This document shows positions 1 through 9,297 of a stretch of 64,000 nucleotides of DNA, one piece after another. Position 1 is the first letter of the stretch, and each line of letters starts with the position of its first letter. Under the pieces are notes generated by a model, which searched no databases, was not told the DNA's origin, and worked only from the letters and a program-made list of their open reading frames with translations. The stretch is from the NCBI GenBank assembly GCA_017438525.1, contig JAFRVI010000004.1:79281-143280 (forward strand), given 5' to 3'. The DNA comes from Clostridia bacterium. GTDB lineage: Bacteria > Bacillota > Clostridia > Oscillospirales > RGIG8002. Made by a program: the position numbers and the translations under genes.

Positions 1-1
1 C

Positions 2-127
2 GGCGAATCCGCATGGGATATTTCAAAGAAATACGGCGCTTCTTTCAGCGAAGTAATATCCGAAAACACGCTTGACGGCGATGAAATAACAACGGCTAAA
101 ATGCTTATTATTCCGTTGAAGAGGTGA
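2..127 (+). CDS. C-terminal fragment of a LysM-domain protein (5' end outside the window)
   Basis: An open frame enters from the window edge and stops at TGA 125-127. The translation ...AWDISKKYGASFSEVISENTLDGDEITTAKMLIIPLKR fits the LysM consensus (W.I..KYG.....l...N.l......G..L.IP). Confidence 0.45.
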   Translation, partial: GESAWDISKKYGASFSEVISENTLDGDEITTAKMLIIPLKR

Positions 128-141
128 AAGGAGTGAATAAG

Positions 142-1620
142 ATGATTAACACTAATATTTACGCCGATATTGCAAAGCGCACCTCGGGAGACGTTTACGT
201 AGGCGTCGTCGGACCGGTGAGAACGGGCAAATCCACTTTTATCAAAAAGTTTATGGAAAAGCTTGTCATCCCGAATATACCGGACGGCGTGAAAGCCGAA
301 AGGGCAACGGATGAACTTCCCCAAAGCTCCGCCGGCAGAACGATAATGACTACCGAGCCGAAATTCATACCGAACGAGGCGGTCGAGGTCGCGTTTGCCG
401 GCAATACGAGCGCAAGGGTAAGAATGGTCGACTGCGTGGGATTCGTTGTTCCGGGCGCCCTCGGCTACACTGAGGGCGATGCGCCGCGCATGGTCACGAC
501 CCCGTGGTTTGAGGAACAGATCCCGTTTGAACAGGCGGCTGAAATCGGAACAAAGAAGGTCATCAGCGATCACTCGACAATCGGTATCATGGTCACAACG
601 GACGGCACGATAGGGGAGTTGTCATACGACGACTACAGAGACGCGGAAGAACGCGTCGCGGCTGAATTGAAAGCGCTCGACAAGCCGTTCGTAATACTGC
701 TCAATTCGGCGTTTCCGAACGACCCCGATACGATCGCGCTTCGCAAGCAGCTTGAGGATAAATACGAAGTGCCGGTGCTTCTGATGAACGTCATCGAGCT
801 TCAGGAAGAGCAGATAAGAGATATAATAGAAAAGGTGCTTCTCGAGTTTCCCGTTAAAGAGATCGGCATATCTCTTCCGCGATGGGTTAATTCCTTACCT
901 GCGGATCATTGGCTTCGCGCCTCCGTGTATACGGATATAAAAGCGAATATGCTTTCGCTACGGAAGGTCAGGGAAGTGGCAAACGCCGTTGAAGCGTTAG
1001 CGAAAAACGAATATATTTCTCACGCCTCGGTCGTTTCAATAGACCTCGGCAGCGGCTCCGGTACCGTCGATCTCAAGATAGAGGATCGGCTCCTTTACAG
1101 AGTAATCAGCGAAAGCAGCGGAACGGAGATCGCCGACGAATCCGATCTCATCGAACTCGTTATGGAAACCTCGCGGCTGAAAAAAGAATACAGCAAATTC
1201 GAAAGCGCTCTGCGAGAAGTGGAATCGACCGGCTACGGTATCGTTAATCCGACAATTTCGGATATGCAGCTTGAACCGCCGGAAATCGTGAAGCAGGGTG
1301 GGAAATACGGCATCAGACTGAAGGCGTCCGCACCTTCGATACATATGATGAAAGCGAACGTCCGCACCGAAGTCGCTCCGATAGTCGGCTCTGAAAAACA
1401 GTCCGAAGAGCTTGTCAACTACCTTCTCTCCGAATACGAATCCGATCCCGAGAAAATCTGGGATTCGGATATTTTCGGCAAGTCGCTTCATGAGCTGGTG
1501 AATGAAGGCCTCAACAACAAGATATACCGCATGCCCTCGGACGCGCGTTTTAAGATCCAGGAAACTCTGCAGCGCGTAATAAACGACGGCTGCAACGGTC
1601 TGGTCTGCATAATTCTCTGA
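142..1620 (+). CDS. spoIVA: Stage IV sporulation protein A (spore-coat morphogenetic ATPase)
   Basis: Collinear over its full length with the SpoIVA I remember from Bacillus. Shared segments: DIAKRT.GDVY.GVVGPVRTGKSTFIKKFME (Walker A), TTEPKFIPNEA, VDCVG, DIFGKSLHELVNEG and the C-terminal GLVCIIL. ATG 142 sits 8 nt after an AAAGGAG RBS. The ORF-track start at 124 is an upstream GTG overlapping the preceding stop. Confidence 0.95.
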   Translation: MINTNIYADIAKRTSGDVYVGVVGPVRTGKSTFIKKFMEKLVIPNIPDGVKAERATDELPQSSAGRTIMTTEPKFIPNEAVEVAFAGNTSARVRMVDCVGFVVPGALGYTEGDAPRMVTTPWFEEQIPFEQAAEIGTKKVISDHSTIGIMVTTDGTIGELSYDDYRDAEERVAAELKALDKPFVILLNSAFPNDPDTIALRKQLEDKYEVPVLLMNVIELQEEQIRDIIEKVLLEFPVKEIGISLPRWVNSLPADHWLRASVYTDIKANMLSLRKVREVANAVEALAKNEYISHASVVSIDLGSGSGTVDLKIEDRLLYRVISESSGTEIADESDLIELVMETSRLKKEYSKFESALREVESTGYGIVNPTISDMQLEPPEIVKQGGKYGIRLKASAPSIHMMKANVRTEVAPIVGSEKQSEELVNYLLSEYESDPEKIWDSDIFGKSLHELVNEGLNNKIYRMPSDARFKIQETLQRVINDGCNGLVCIIL

Positions 1621-1634
1621 ATAATGCACCAAAA

Positions 1635-1668
1635 GGCGCGGAACAAAGCGTTCCGCGCCTTTAATATT
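1635..1668 (+). terminator. Rho-independent terminator after spoIVA
   Basis: Perfect 10-bp GC-rich stem GGCGCGGAAC (1635-1644) / GTTCCGCGCC (1650-1659) with a 5-nt loop, followed by TTTAATATT. Confidence 0.7.
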
Positions 1669-1695
1669 GACAAATTTATCTAATGATATTATAAT
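1667..1695 (+). promoter_or_regulatory. SigmaA-type promoter for the ABC exporter operon
   Basis: TTGACA (1667-1672), a 17-nt spacer, then TATAAT (1690-1695). Both hexamers match consensus perfectly, directly downstream of the spoIVA terminator. Confidence 0.6.
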
Positions 1696-1712
1696 ATGAC
1701 TATCAACCGAAA

Positions 1713-3536
1713 GTGACCCCGAGTGAAATGAAAAACAGAAATCTTAAAAACAAAAGCGTGCTCAGCCGTTTCATGAAAGGCGCGGCTGGCTTTTTTGCGC
1801 TTACAATAATCGCTTCTGTTATGGTCACTGTGCTTGACGCCATATTCCCTCAGGTGATAAGATACACCGTGGACACGCTTATCGGCGACGGACAGCCCAC
1901 CGCGATAACAGGATACTTCGCCTCGCTTTTAGGCGGACGCGAATATCTGCGTATGAACCTCTGGGTAATTGCGCTGGTTATCCTCGCAACAGCGCTTCTG
2001 ACGGCTTTTTTCCGTTATCTGACACGCGTCGCGACCGCCCGCGGATCCGAAACGCTGGCAGAGAATATGCGAAACACGCTGTTCATGCATATTCAGAAGT
2101 TGCCTTTCACATGGCATAACAAGAATCAAACCGGCGATATTATCCAGCGCTGCACGTCGGACGTCGACACATTCCGGAACTTCATTTCGGAACAGCTCGT
2201 CAATATGTTCCGTATCGTGTTCCTTATCATATTCTCTCTGTTTATGATGTTCTCGATGAACGTAACGCTTGCGCTTATAGCGACGGCGTTCGTACCCGTA
2301 GTTCTGTTTTATACAAACTATTTCCGCCATAGGATACGCAATAAGTTTACCGAAGTCGACGAGCAGGAGGGCGTCCTCTCCGCAATGGCGCAGGAGAATC
2401 TCACCGGCGTTCGTGTCGTTCGCGCGTTCGGCAGGGAAAAGTTCGAAAAAGACAAGTTCAATAAGCAGAACGAGAAGTACACGGGACTGTGGGTACAGCT
2501 CGGCAATATCCTCAGTTGGTTCTGGGGCATAGGCGACCTCATGAGCTGTCTTCAGGTCATGACGATCGTCTGTGTCGGAACGGTGTTTGCGGTAAACGGA
2601 ACGATAACCACCGGCGAGCTGATCGCGTTCATTTCCTACAACGGCATGCTCGTTTGGCCCGTGAGAGGTCTCGGAAGGATAATTTCCGAGATGAGCAAAG
2701 CGCGCGTTTCGATCGGCAGGTTGCGTTATATTCTCGATTCCGAAGAAGAAACCGACCGCCCCGGTGCCACAGAACCCGATATGCACGGGGATATCGTATT
2801 CGACAACGTGTCCTTCGGTTACTTTGAGGACAAGCCGGTCATCAAGAACGTCAGCTTTGAAATAAAGGCGGGAACTACCCTTGGTATACTCGGCGCGACC
2901 GGCTCCGGCAAATCAACGCTTATTCAGCTCCTCGACAGACTTTATCCGCTTCCCGAAGGCAGCGGGCGCATTACGATCGGCGGCGTAGATATCAATGATA
3001 TAAAAGCGTCGTGGCTGCGCAAAAACGTCGGACTCGTTCTTCAGGAGCCGTTCCTTTTCTCACGTTCCATAGGCGAGAACATCGCTTTGACGGACGCCGA
3101 AGCTTCGGAAGAGCGTATAGAACACGCCGCTTCGATAGCGAGCATAGCGGGCGACGTAGGCGAAATGACGCAGCGTTATGATACGATAGTAGGCGAGAGG
3201 GGAGTTACCCTTTCAGGCGGGCAAAAGCAGCGCGTGGCGATCGCCCGCACCATCATGCTCGACACGCCTATCATCGCATTCGACGATTCGCTTTCCGCCG
3301 TCGATACCGAAACCGACAAGAAAATCCGCGAAGCACTGCGCGATAAGACGAACGGTAAAACCGTTATTCTTATTTCGCACCGCATAGTTTCTCTTATGGA
3401 GGCGGATAAGATTCTCGTGCTCGAAAAGGGCGAGGCCGTACAATTCGGCACCCACGCCGAGCTGGTTGCGCAGGACGGCATCTACAAGCGCATATACGAC
3501 GCCCAATCGTCGATAACGGAGGAGGGGAGAGTATGA
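1713..3536 (+). CDS. ABC exporter fused permease/ATPase, chain 1 of a heterodimer (degenerate Walker B glutamate)
   Basis: N-terminal six-helix exporter TMD. NBD has Walker A GATGSGKST, signature LSGGQKQR and Walker B IIAFDDS, with Asp at the catalytic-Glu position (3285-3287). The start is ambiguous: GTG 1713 or ATG 1728. The stop overlaps the next start (ATGA). Confidence 0.88.
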   Translation: MTPSEMKNRNLKNKSVLSRFMKGAAGFFALTIIASVMVTVLDAIFPQVIRYTVDTLIGDGQPTAITGYFASLLGGREYLRMNLWVIALVILATALLTAFFRYLTRVATARGSETLAENMRNTLFMHIQKLPFTWHNKNQTGDIIQRCTSDVDTFRNFISEQLVNMFRIVFLIIFSLFMMFSMNVTLALIATAFVPVVLFYTNYFRHRIRNKFTEVDEQEGVLSAMAQENLTGVRVVRAFGREKFEKDKFNKQNEKYTGLWVQLGNILSWFWGIGDLMSCLQVMTIVCVGTVFAVNGTITTGELIAFISYNGMLVWPVRGLGRIISEMSKARVSIGRLRYILDSEEETDRPGATEPDMHGDIVFDNVSFGYFEDKPVIKNVSFEIKAGTTLGILGATGSGKSTLIQLLDRLYPLPEGSGRITIGGVDINDIKASWLRKNVGLVLQEPFLFSRSIGENIALTDAEASEERIEHAASIASIAGDVGEMTQRYDTIVGERGVTLSGGQKQRVAIARTIMLDTPIIAFDDSLSAVDTETDKKIREALRDKTNGKTVILISHRIVSLMEADKILVLEKGEAVQFGTHAELVAQDGIYKRIYDAQSSITEEGRV

Positions 3537-5374
3537 GCAAGGAGCAATCGACAAGCCCGTACGACGTAAAACTCCCGTTCTTCGGGCTGAAGAAGATTTT
3601 CCCGTACATATTGCGGCATAAACGACTGCTGATCACCGTCGCGGTCGCCATGGGAATTACGTCGTTGGTTGATATCGTGCTTCCGCTGTTCCAGCGCTAC
3701 GCGATAAACAATTACATAGCAAACGGCACGCTGAGCAGGATATGGATATTCATACTTGTATATCTTGCGGTCATACTTCTGCAGACGGCGACGACGGTAA
3801 TAATGCTCCGTAAGGCATGTACCGCCGAAATGCTTATCGGCCGCGACCTGAAGCGCGACGCATTTGACAAGCTTCAGACGCTCCCGTTTTCGTATTTCAA
3901 CCGCAACTCCGTCGGATATCTCCATTCAAGAGTTATGAGCGACACCGCGAGAATTGGTGAAACGCTGTCTTGGCATCTGGTCGACGGCGTATGGGCTGTA
4001 ATTTATATCGTCGGCTCATTTATAGTTATGTTTTCGCTTAACTGGAAACTTTCGCTTATTATCCTGGCCGTCGTGCCGGTAGTTACGCTTATAGCTGCCG
4101 TTTTCCAGCGCAAGCTCGTCTTCGCGAATCGAAAGGTAAGAGAAACCAACTCGCAGATCACCGGCAAATACAACGAGGGAATTACCGGCGCGAAGACCAC
4201 GAAATCGCTTGTTATCGAAGATAAGATGTTCGACGATTTCTCCGAAACGACGCGGGCAATGAACCGTATATCCACAAAAGCTGCGCGTTTCAGAGGGCTT
4301 TTCGTCGCGACTACTACGTTTTTCTGCATGTTCGCGATAGCTGTAGTCATGTGGTACGGCGGCAAGCTTTCTATTGAGCAGCTTATGGAGATCGGCACGC
4401 TTTCAGCGTTCGCTTCCTACGCGATCGGCCTCGTCGACCCGATACAGAATATCGCGCATATCATCGCCACTATGATAAATATGCAGGTCAACATCGAACG
4501 TGTGACGCGCCTTATCGAAACGGAACCGGAAATTGTCGATTCACAGGAAGTCATCGAGAAATACGGCGACGCATTCATGCCGAAGCGCGAGAATTGGGAG
4601 CCGCTGAAAGGCGACATCGAGTTTAAAGACGTTTCCTTCATGTATCCCGACGGCGACGAGTACGTACTCGAGAACTTCAACCTGAAAATCGACGCGGGAA
4701 CGACCGTCGCGATTGTCGGCGAAACGGGCGCGGGAAAAAGCACGATAGTAAACCTCGTATGCCGTTTTTACGAGCCGACGTCCGGACAGGTGCTGATCGA
4801 CGGGCGCGATTACCGCGAGCGTTCGCAGCTTTGGCTTCACAGCAATATCGGTTACGTGCTTCAGACGCCGCATCTGTTTTCGGGCAGCGTGCTGGATAAT
4901 CTTCGCTACGGCGATCCGGATGCCGATATGGAAACGATAAAAGCCGCCGTACGCAGCGTTCAGGCGGAAGAAATAATCGAGCGCATGGACAACGGATACG
5001 ACAGTGACGTCGGAGAGGGGGGAGACCTCCTTTCGACCGGCGAAAAACAGCTGATTTCCTTTGCCAGAGCGATAATCGCCGATCCGCGCATCCTGATACT
5101 CGACGAAGCGACTTCTTCGATCGATACGCTTACGGAACAGAAAATACAAAACGCGCTCGAAAAAGTCCTTGTCGGCAGAACGTCGTTTTTGATCGCTCAC
5201 AGACTTTCCACGATAAGACGGGCGGATATCATTCTCGTCGTAAAAGACGGCAAAATTATCGAAAGAGGCACCCACAAAGAACTGTTTGCGCAAAACGGGT
5301 ATTATCACAATCTTTATGCGCAGCAGTTTGATAAAGAAGCGGCCGAACAGATATTGAGAAACAATCTGAACTGA
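3533..5374 (+). CDS. ABC exporter fused permease/ATPase, chain 2 of a heterodimer (degenerate signature motif)
   Basis: Exporter-type TMD. Walker A is GETGAGKST and Walker B is the canonical ILILDEATS. The signature is degenerate, LSTGEKQL (5030-5044). A GGAGGGGAG RBS precedes the ATG, and the start overlaps the chain 1 stop. Confidence 0.88.
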   Translation: MSKEQSTSPYDVKLPFFGLKKIFPYILRHKRLLITVAVAMGITSLVDIVLPLFQRYAINNYIANGTLSRIWIFILVYLAVILLQTATTVIMLRKACTAEMLIGRDLKRDAFDKLQTLPFSYFNRNSVGYLHSRVMSDTARIGETLSWHLVDGVWAVIYIVGSFIVMFSLNWKLSLIILAVVPVVTLIAAVFQRKLVFANRKVRETNSQITGKYNEGITGAKTTKSLVIEDKMFDDFSETTRAMNRISTKAARFRGLFVATTTFFCMFAIAVVMWYGGKLSIEQLMEIGTLSAFASYAIGLVDPIQNIAHIIATMINMQVNIERVTRLIETEPEIVDSQEVIEKYGDAFMPKRENWEPLKGDIEFKDVSFMYPDGDEYVLENFNLKIDAGTTVAIVGETGAGKSTIVNLVCRFYEPTSGQVLIDGRDYRERSQLWLHSNIGYVLQTPHLFSGSVLDNLRYGDPDADMETIKAAVRSVQAEEIIERMDNGYDSDVGEGGDLLSTGEKQLISFARAIIADPRILILDEATSSIDTLTEQKIQNALEKVLVGRTSFLIAHRLSTIRRADIILVVKDGKIIERGTHKELFAQNGYYHNLYAQQFDKEAAEQILRNNLN

Positions 5375-5393
5375 TAATACTGATAATAAGAAA

Positions 5394-5425
5394 AACCGAT
5401 CCGGATAAACGGGTCGGTTTTTTTA
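5394..5425. terminator. Bidirectional rho-independent terminator
   Basis: 10-bp stem AACCGATCCG / CGGGTCGGTT (one G-U pair) with a 6-nt loop. It is flanked by an A-run on the 5' side and TTTTTTT on the 3' side. Confidence 0.75.
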
Positions 5426-5477
5426 TACGTAAATACGGAGGGAAGAGGTTTCAACCGCCTCCGAAAAAACATAAGCA

Positions 5478-5505
5478 ATTATACAAAATCAATATTTTGT
5501 ATAAT
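5478..5505. repeat. Perfect 12-bp-arm inverted repeat in an AT-rich spacer (function unknown)
   Basis: ATTATACAAAAT-caat-ATTTTGTATAAT read directly from the sequence. It lies between two convergent 3' ends. Confidence 0.9.
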
Positions 5506-5708
5506 ACGAGGTAGGTTTTCAGTGGTTATTAAGGTTTCATCTGCTTGATTGCGCATTTTTGCGCCTTCAAACGCCCGATTACATAATTTCTTATTGTTTG
5601 TATTATTATTTCTTTTATAAATCATATTTGTGTTTACTTAAATGAATTTTCAAATAAATAATCTATTAGTTCTGATATTTATATTACTCAATTTATTATT
5701 CGAAATCT

Positions 5709-7001
5709 TTATTCGTTTTTCCACGCTTTTATTTCAGCCGCGCACATACTTACAGCTTCACTTTCAACAGCTAATTGCTCGTATCCGTAAAACGCTGCTC
5801 CTGAGGCGTTTGCTTTCTCCCGAACGTACCGTAGTTGCTCCGAGACCTGCGTTATCCGGTCCCATCCCGGAGTCTCGGTCTCATTCAGTCTGTACGCGGC
5901 TATTCCCGGTATCAATTTGACGCCGGTTCCTTTAACGGTTTCAGACCACCATTCATACACGTTTTTGAATGGAGTTTTTTCACTTTCAAAGCTCCAGTAA
6001 ATCTGCGGACAAATATAATCGATATATCCGCCGTCGATCCACGCGGTCGCGTCCGCGAATAAATCATAATATCCTTCGGTAGACGCCTCGGTCGCGGATC
6101 CGCCGTTGGCGCCGTCGTCGTTAGCCCAAATCCCGAATGGCGAAATACCGAATTCGAGCTCTTGGTTGACAATTTTCAGAGAGGTATACAATCCTTTTAC
6201 AAGCTCGTTTACGCAGTCTCTGCGCCAGTTTTCGAGCGTTTTTTCGACGCCGTACCGCTCATACTGCGCCGAATCGTCAAATTCGAGCGTTTGCCCGTCC
6301 GAATCTATCGGATACGGATAGAAATAATCGTCCATATGTACGCCCGCAACGTCGTAATTCTCCGCTATTTCGACCGCGCCGTCGATTATCAGCTGCCTTA
6401 CCTCCGGAATCCCGGGGTTGAAATACAGCGCGCCTCCGTACCGGACAACCCATTCAGGATGCAACCGCGCGGGGTGATTTTCGCCGAGCGAATCAAGGTC
6501 GGTATTCGGATACTTTAGCGATCCGACGGTGACGCGGTAAGGGTTTATCCACGCGTGCACGCGAATATCCTTTTTCTTTGCTTCATTTATGAATAGTTCC
6601 AGCGGATCGCATCCGGGATCCTTTCCCTGAACGCCTGTCAGAACGTCGGACCACGGGAATATTTCGGATTTACAGAGCGAATCCGCGCTCGGACGAACCT
6701 GCAAATAGACGGTATTAAGCCCCAATGAAACGCATTTTTCGCATATTTCCGCGGCTTCCGACGCAAGCTCATCTGACGTCATATTATATTTGGTGGGATA
6801 ATTAAGATTATAGACTGAGGCGATCCATACCGCGAAGGTCTCCCCTTTTTCCCCTGCCCGTTCGGTCTCCCCTTCCGGTACGGAAAAAGAGGCGCTGTTA
6901 AACGCCTCTTTAACGGATTTTGAAGTAAACACATACGGAATAAGCGCCGACGCGACGCAGAACAACGCTATAACAAGAACAAGTACGCCGTTTCGCTTCA
7001 T
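5709..7001 (-). CDS. Glycoside-hydrolase-like family 10 (GHL10, YngK/YddW-type) secreted or membrane-anchored protein
   Basis: N-terminal hydrophobic anchor (MKRNGVLVLVIALFCVASALI). The motifs FAVWIASVYNLNYP..., LGLNTVYLQVRPSADS and VHAWINPYRV are typical of the GHL10 TIM-barrel family. I chose ATG 7001, because the ORF-track extension to 7118 overlaps the upstream gene. Confidence 0.78.
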   Translation of the reverse strand: MKRNGVLVLVIALFCVASALIPYVFTSKSVKEAFNSASFSVPEGETERAGEKGETFAVWIASVYNLNYPTKYNMTSDELASEAAEICEKCVSLGLNTVYLQVRPSADSLCKSEIFPWSDVLTGVQGKDPGCDPLELFINEAKKKDIRVHAWINPYRVTVGSLKYPNTDLDSLGENHPARLHPEWVVRYGGALYFNPGIPEVRQLIIDGAVEIAENYDVAGVHMDDYFYPYPIDSDGQTLEFDDSAQYERYGVEKTLENWRRDCVNELVKGLYTSLKIVNQELEFGISPFGIWANDDGANGGSATEASTEGYYDLFADATAWIDGGYIDYICPQIYWSFESEKTPFKNVYEWWSETVKGTGVKLIPGIAAYRLNETETPGWDRITQVSEQLRYVREKANASGAAFYGYEQLAVESEAVSMCAAEIKAWKNE

Positions 7002-7002
7002 A

Positions 7003-9297
7003 TCAATAGTAAGCTTCTCCGCTGTAATACTGATAAAGCATATTATAGTAATCGTCCATCGCCTTGTTGTAATTCGCGTGGATATCGGCGAACGGAACGT
7101 CCGCAGAGGCGGCCTCATACTGTTCCGCGAAGTTCGCTACCTCGGCGTCGGTTTCGCAGCCCATGAATCGCGCTGCCTGCTCAACGGTTCCGCTGTCAAG
7201 CAGCTTTCCGAGCGTCATTTCGAGGTCGATGGTTTCCGGCGTATACCCGTAAATCGCAATCATTTCGGGGAAACTGTCCACGCCGGTTTCTTCTGCTTCT
7301 TTAGCGAAGGTTTCTTTATAGAACGAAAGCTTTATCGCGTTATAGAAGTCGGAGTATGACGACCTTAAATTCACGTTGTCGTCAAGATGATAAGTCTCTT
7401 TAAACTCTGATAACGTAGTTCCGTCCTGCTGAAGCATCCACTGAACCGTGAATCTGCCGGCGGTAAGATACTGAGCGAGGTCTTTTTCATATACGCATTC
7501 GGTGCTCAGCTCGTAGAAATTCTTGACCGGCTGCCCCTTCGCCCCGTAAGAGCATTCATACCAGCTGCCGTACTGCGCTATATATGCGTTCCATTCGTCC
7601 GCGTTTGTGTTTATGTATTTGTAGTACTCGTCGTATATTTCAAAATAACGCTTGCTGATCGTCGCAAACTTATCGTCGGGAGAAGCTCCGAAATAAGCGG
7701 CGAAATCGCCGATTTTTTCCGGATCGAAGCCGAGGTATTCCGCGCTTACGCTGATCGGCGCAGCGTCAAGTACTTCCCCGAGCGACTTACCGAGCGTATC
7801 GTCGGAAGACAAGCCGAAGAAGCGGATTATCTCGTCGTATTCGTCTACGCTGTTTTCCTTGAAATACGCGAGCGTCATACCGTTGCTGAACTCGGCATAA
7901 GTCGATTTCTCGGTAACGGAATCGTTAAGATGATACTCCGCCTTGATCTCATCAAACGTCTTACCGGTCGCATCCATAAGCTGCTTCACGGAAAAACTCC
8001 CGTCTGAAGGCGCTTCGGGAGCGATTCTGACGGAGTCGTATATCGGCTCTTTCGCGGGACCGCCACGATCGATTTTTATGAAATTAAGCGCAAATACGCC
8101 GCCGAAGAAAACCACGAAGGTTATAAGCATTATGATGATGGGATGGGATTTTGCCTTGAAATACTTCGTCTGCAGAGCGCCTTTCTTCGGACACGCGGCT
8201 ACGCAACGCTGGCATGCTATACATTCGGCGAAATCCATCCTGCCGTTGACGGAAGCGACGTCGATGCCCATAGGACAAGCTTCGGAGCATTTCCCGCAGT
8301 TTACGCAGTAACTGTCTCCGGATTCATTACGGCCGTCCGTCTCCGGCTCGACATCATATTCCTGATAGTCTTCATCATCGAATGTCTCATCGCCTTCGTC
8401 ATATTCATCGTTACAATAGTCTATCTCAACGGCTTCTTCAGTATTTTCTCTTTCGTCGATCTCTTCAAGTTCTTCGGCCTCTTCGCTGTCTATCGGAGTG
8501 ACGGATTCATCGACGAGCGCGTCGGGCGCGGACTGAAGTGCGCAATCTTCGCATTCCGGCTTGACGTTGCGGAAAACGTGAAGTCCGCTTAAGCTGCCGA
8601 AAACAGCGTACAGCGCGCCGAGCGGGCAAGCGTACTTGCAGTAGAACCTCTGAAAGAAAAACGAACCCACGAGCGAAATAACAAGCACAACAAAGCTTGC
8701 GATATATCCGCCTACTATCAGGTTGTTGGAAAGTATGCTCTTGAAAGCGATCCACGGATCTATGTATGCAAAAGCATCCGAGCCCTGCGCTAGCCCGAGA
8801 AAACTGCGGAAGAACTCGATTCCGGTAAAATACGCAAGCAGGACGGAAAGCACAAGGAATACGTACTTCAGAGTGCGAAGGGCTTTATCGACCTTCGCGG
8901 GAATTGTCGGTCGTTTTTTAAGAACTTTCGCACCGAGGTTACCAATAAACTCCTGCAGCGCGCCGAAGGCGCAGAGAAATCCGCAGAAAACGCGGTTGAG
9001 CAGTATCGCCATCAAAATAAGAAACAGGAAAAACACGCTCGCCGAGGCAAAAGGATCAGAGAAGAATTCGAGCCCTGTTATCGTATTAAGAAATCTGCCG
9101 AACGCCTCAAACGGACAGAGCGCATGAAATGCGGGCACTTCGGCATAACGGTTTATGAACCCGTGTATCACCGCTTCTGCCACCATATAGCCGAGTATCG
9201 CTCCGAGCGACACGTAGCGCAGAACGGTAAATACTTTCATCGACTTCTGTTTTTTCATTGAGTTCACCTTTTCCTTACTGTTTGCAAACGCAGTCAT
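7003..9297 (-). CDS. Membrane polyferredoxin (NapH/MauN-like 4Fe-4S protein) with an acidic insert and a large duplicated C-terminal extracytoplasmic domain
   Basis: Multiple TM helices carry CGFLCAFG and CKYACPLG motifs. Two ferredoxin motifs are present: CVNCGKCSEACP and CIACQRCVAACP. A further TM follows, then about 355 aa containing an internal two-fold repeat. An alternative start is ATG 9258. Confidence 0.7.
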   Translation of the reverse strand: MTAFANSKEKVNSMKKQKSMKVFTVLRYVSLGAILGYMVAEAVIHGFINRYAEVPAFHALCPFEAFGRFLNTITGLEFFSDPFASASVFFLFLILMAILLNRVFCGFLCAFGALQEFIGNLGAKVLKKRPTIPAKVDKALRTLKYVFLVLSVLLAYFTGIEFFRSFLGLAQGSDAFAYIDPWIAFKSILSNNLIVGGYIASFVVLVISLVGSFFFQRFYCKYACPLGALYAVFGSLSGLHVFRNVKPECEDCALQSAPDALVDESVTPIDSEEAEELEEIDERENTEEAVEIDYCNDEYDEGDETFDDEDYQEYDVEPETDGRNESGDSYCVNCGKCSEACPMGIDVASVNGRMDFAECIACQRCVAACPKKGALQTKYFKAKSHPIIIMLITFVVFFGGVFALNFIKIDRGGPAKEPIYDSVRIAPEAPSDGSFSVKQLMDATGKTFDEIKAEYHLNDSVTEKSTYAEFSNGMTLAYFKENSVDEYDEIIRFFGLSSDDTLGKSLGEVLDAAPISVSAEYLGFDPEKIGDFAAYFGASPDDKFATISKRYFEIYDEYYKYINTNADEWNAYIAQYGSWYECSYGAKGQPVKNFYELSTECVYEKDLAQYLTAGRFTVQWMLQQDGTTLSEFKETYHLDDNVNLRSSYSDFYNAIKLSFYKETFAKEAEETGVDSFPEMIAIYGYTPETIDLEMTLGKLLDSGTVEQAARFMGCETDAEVANFAEQYEAASADVPFADIHANYNKAMDDYYNMLYQYYSGEAYY

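Noticed and set aside
5642-5920. A 92-aa ORF starts in the AT-rich spacer.
   Set aside because: Its translation is hydrophobic and low-complexity, as expected from AT-rich DNA. It overlaps the 3' end of the well-supported GHL10 gene on the other strand and has no RBS.
7002-7118. N-terminal extensions suggested by the ORF track. Examples are GHL10 to 7118, CDF from 19358, giant paralogue 2 from 35709, murC from 13182, coaX from 11793 and lgt from 25033.
   Set aside because: The extensions begin at TTG or GTG codons and overlap the upstream gene or promoter. Internal ATG (or GTG) codons with properly spaced GGAGG-type RBSs and sensible N-termini, such as signal peptides and conserved family starts, are available.
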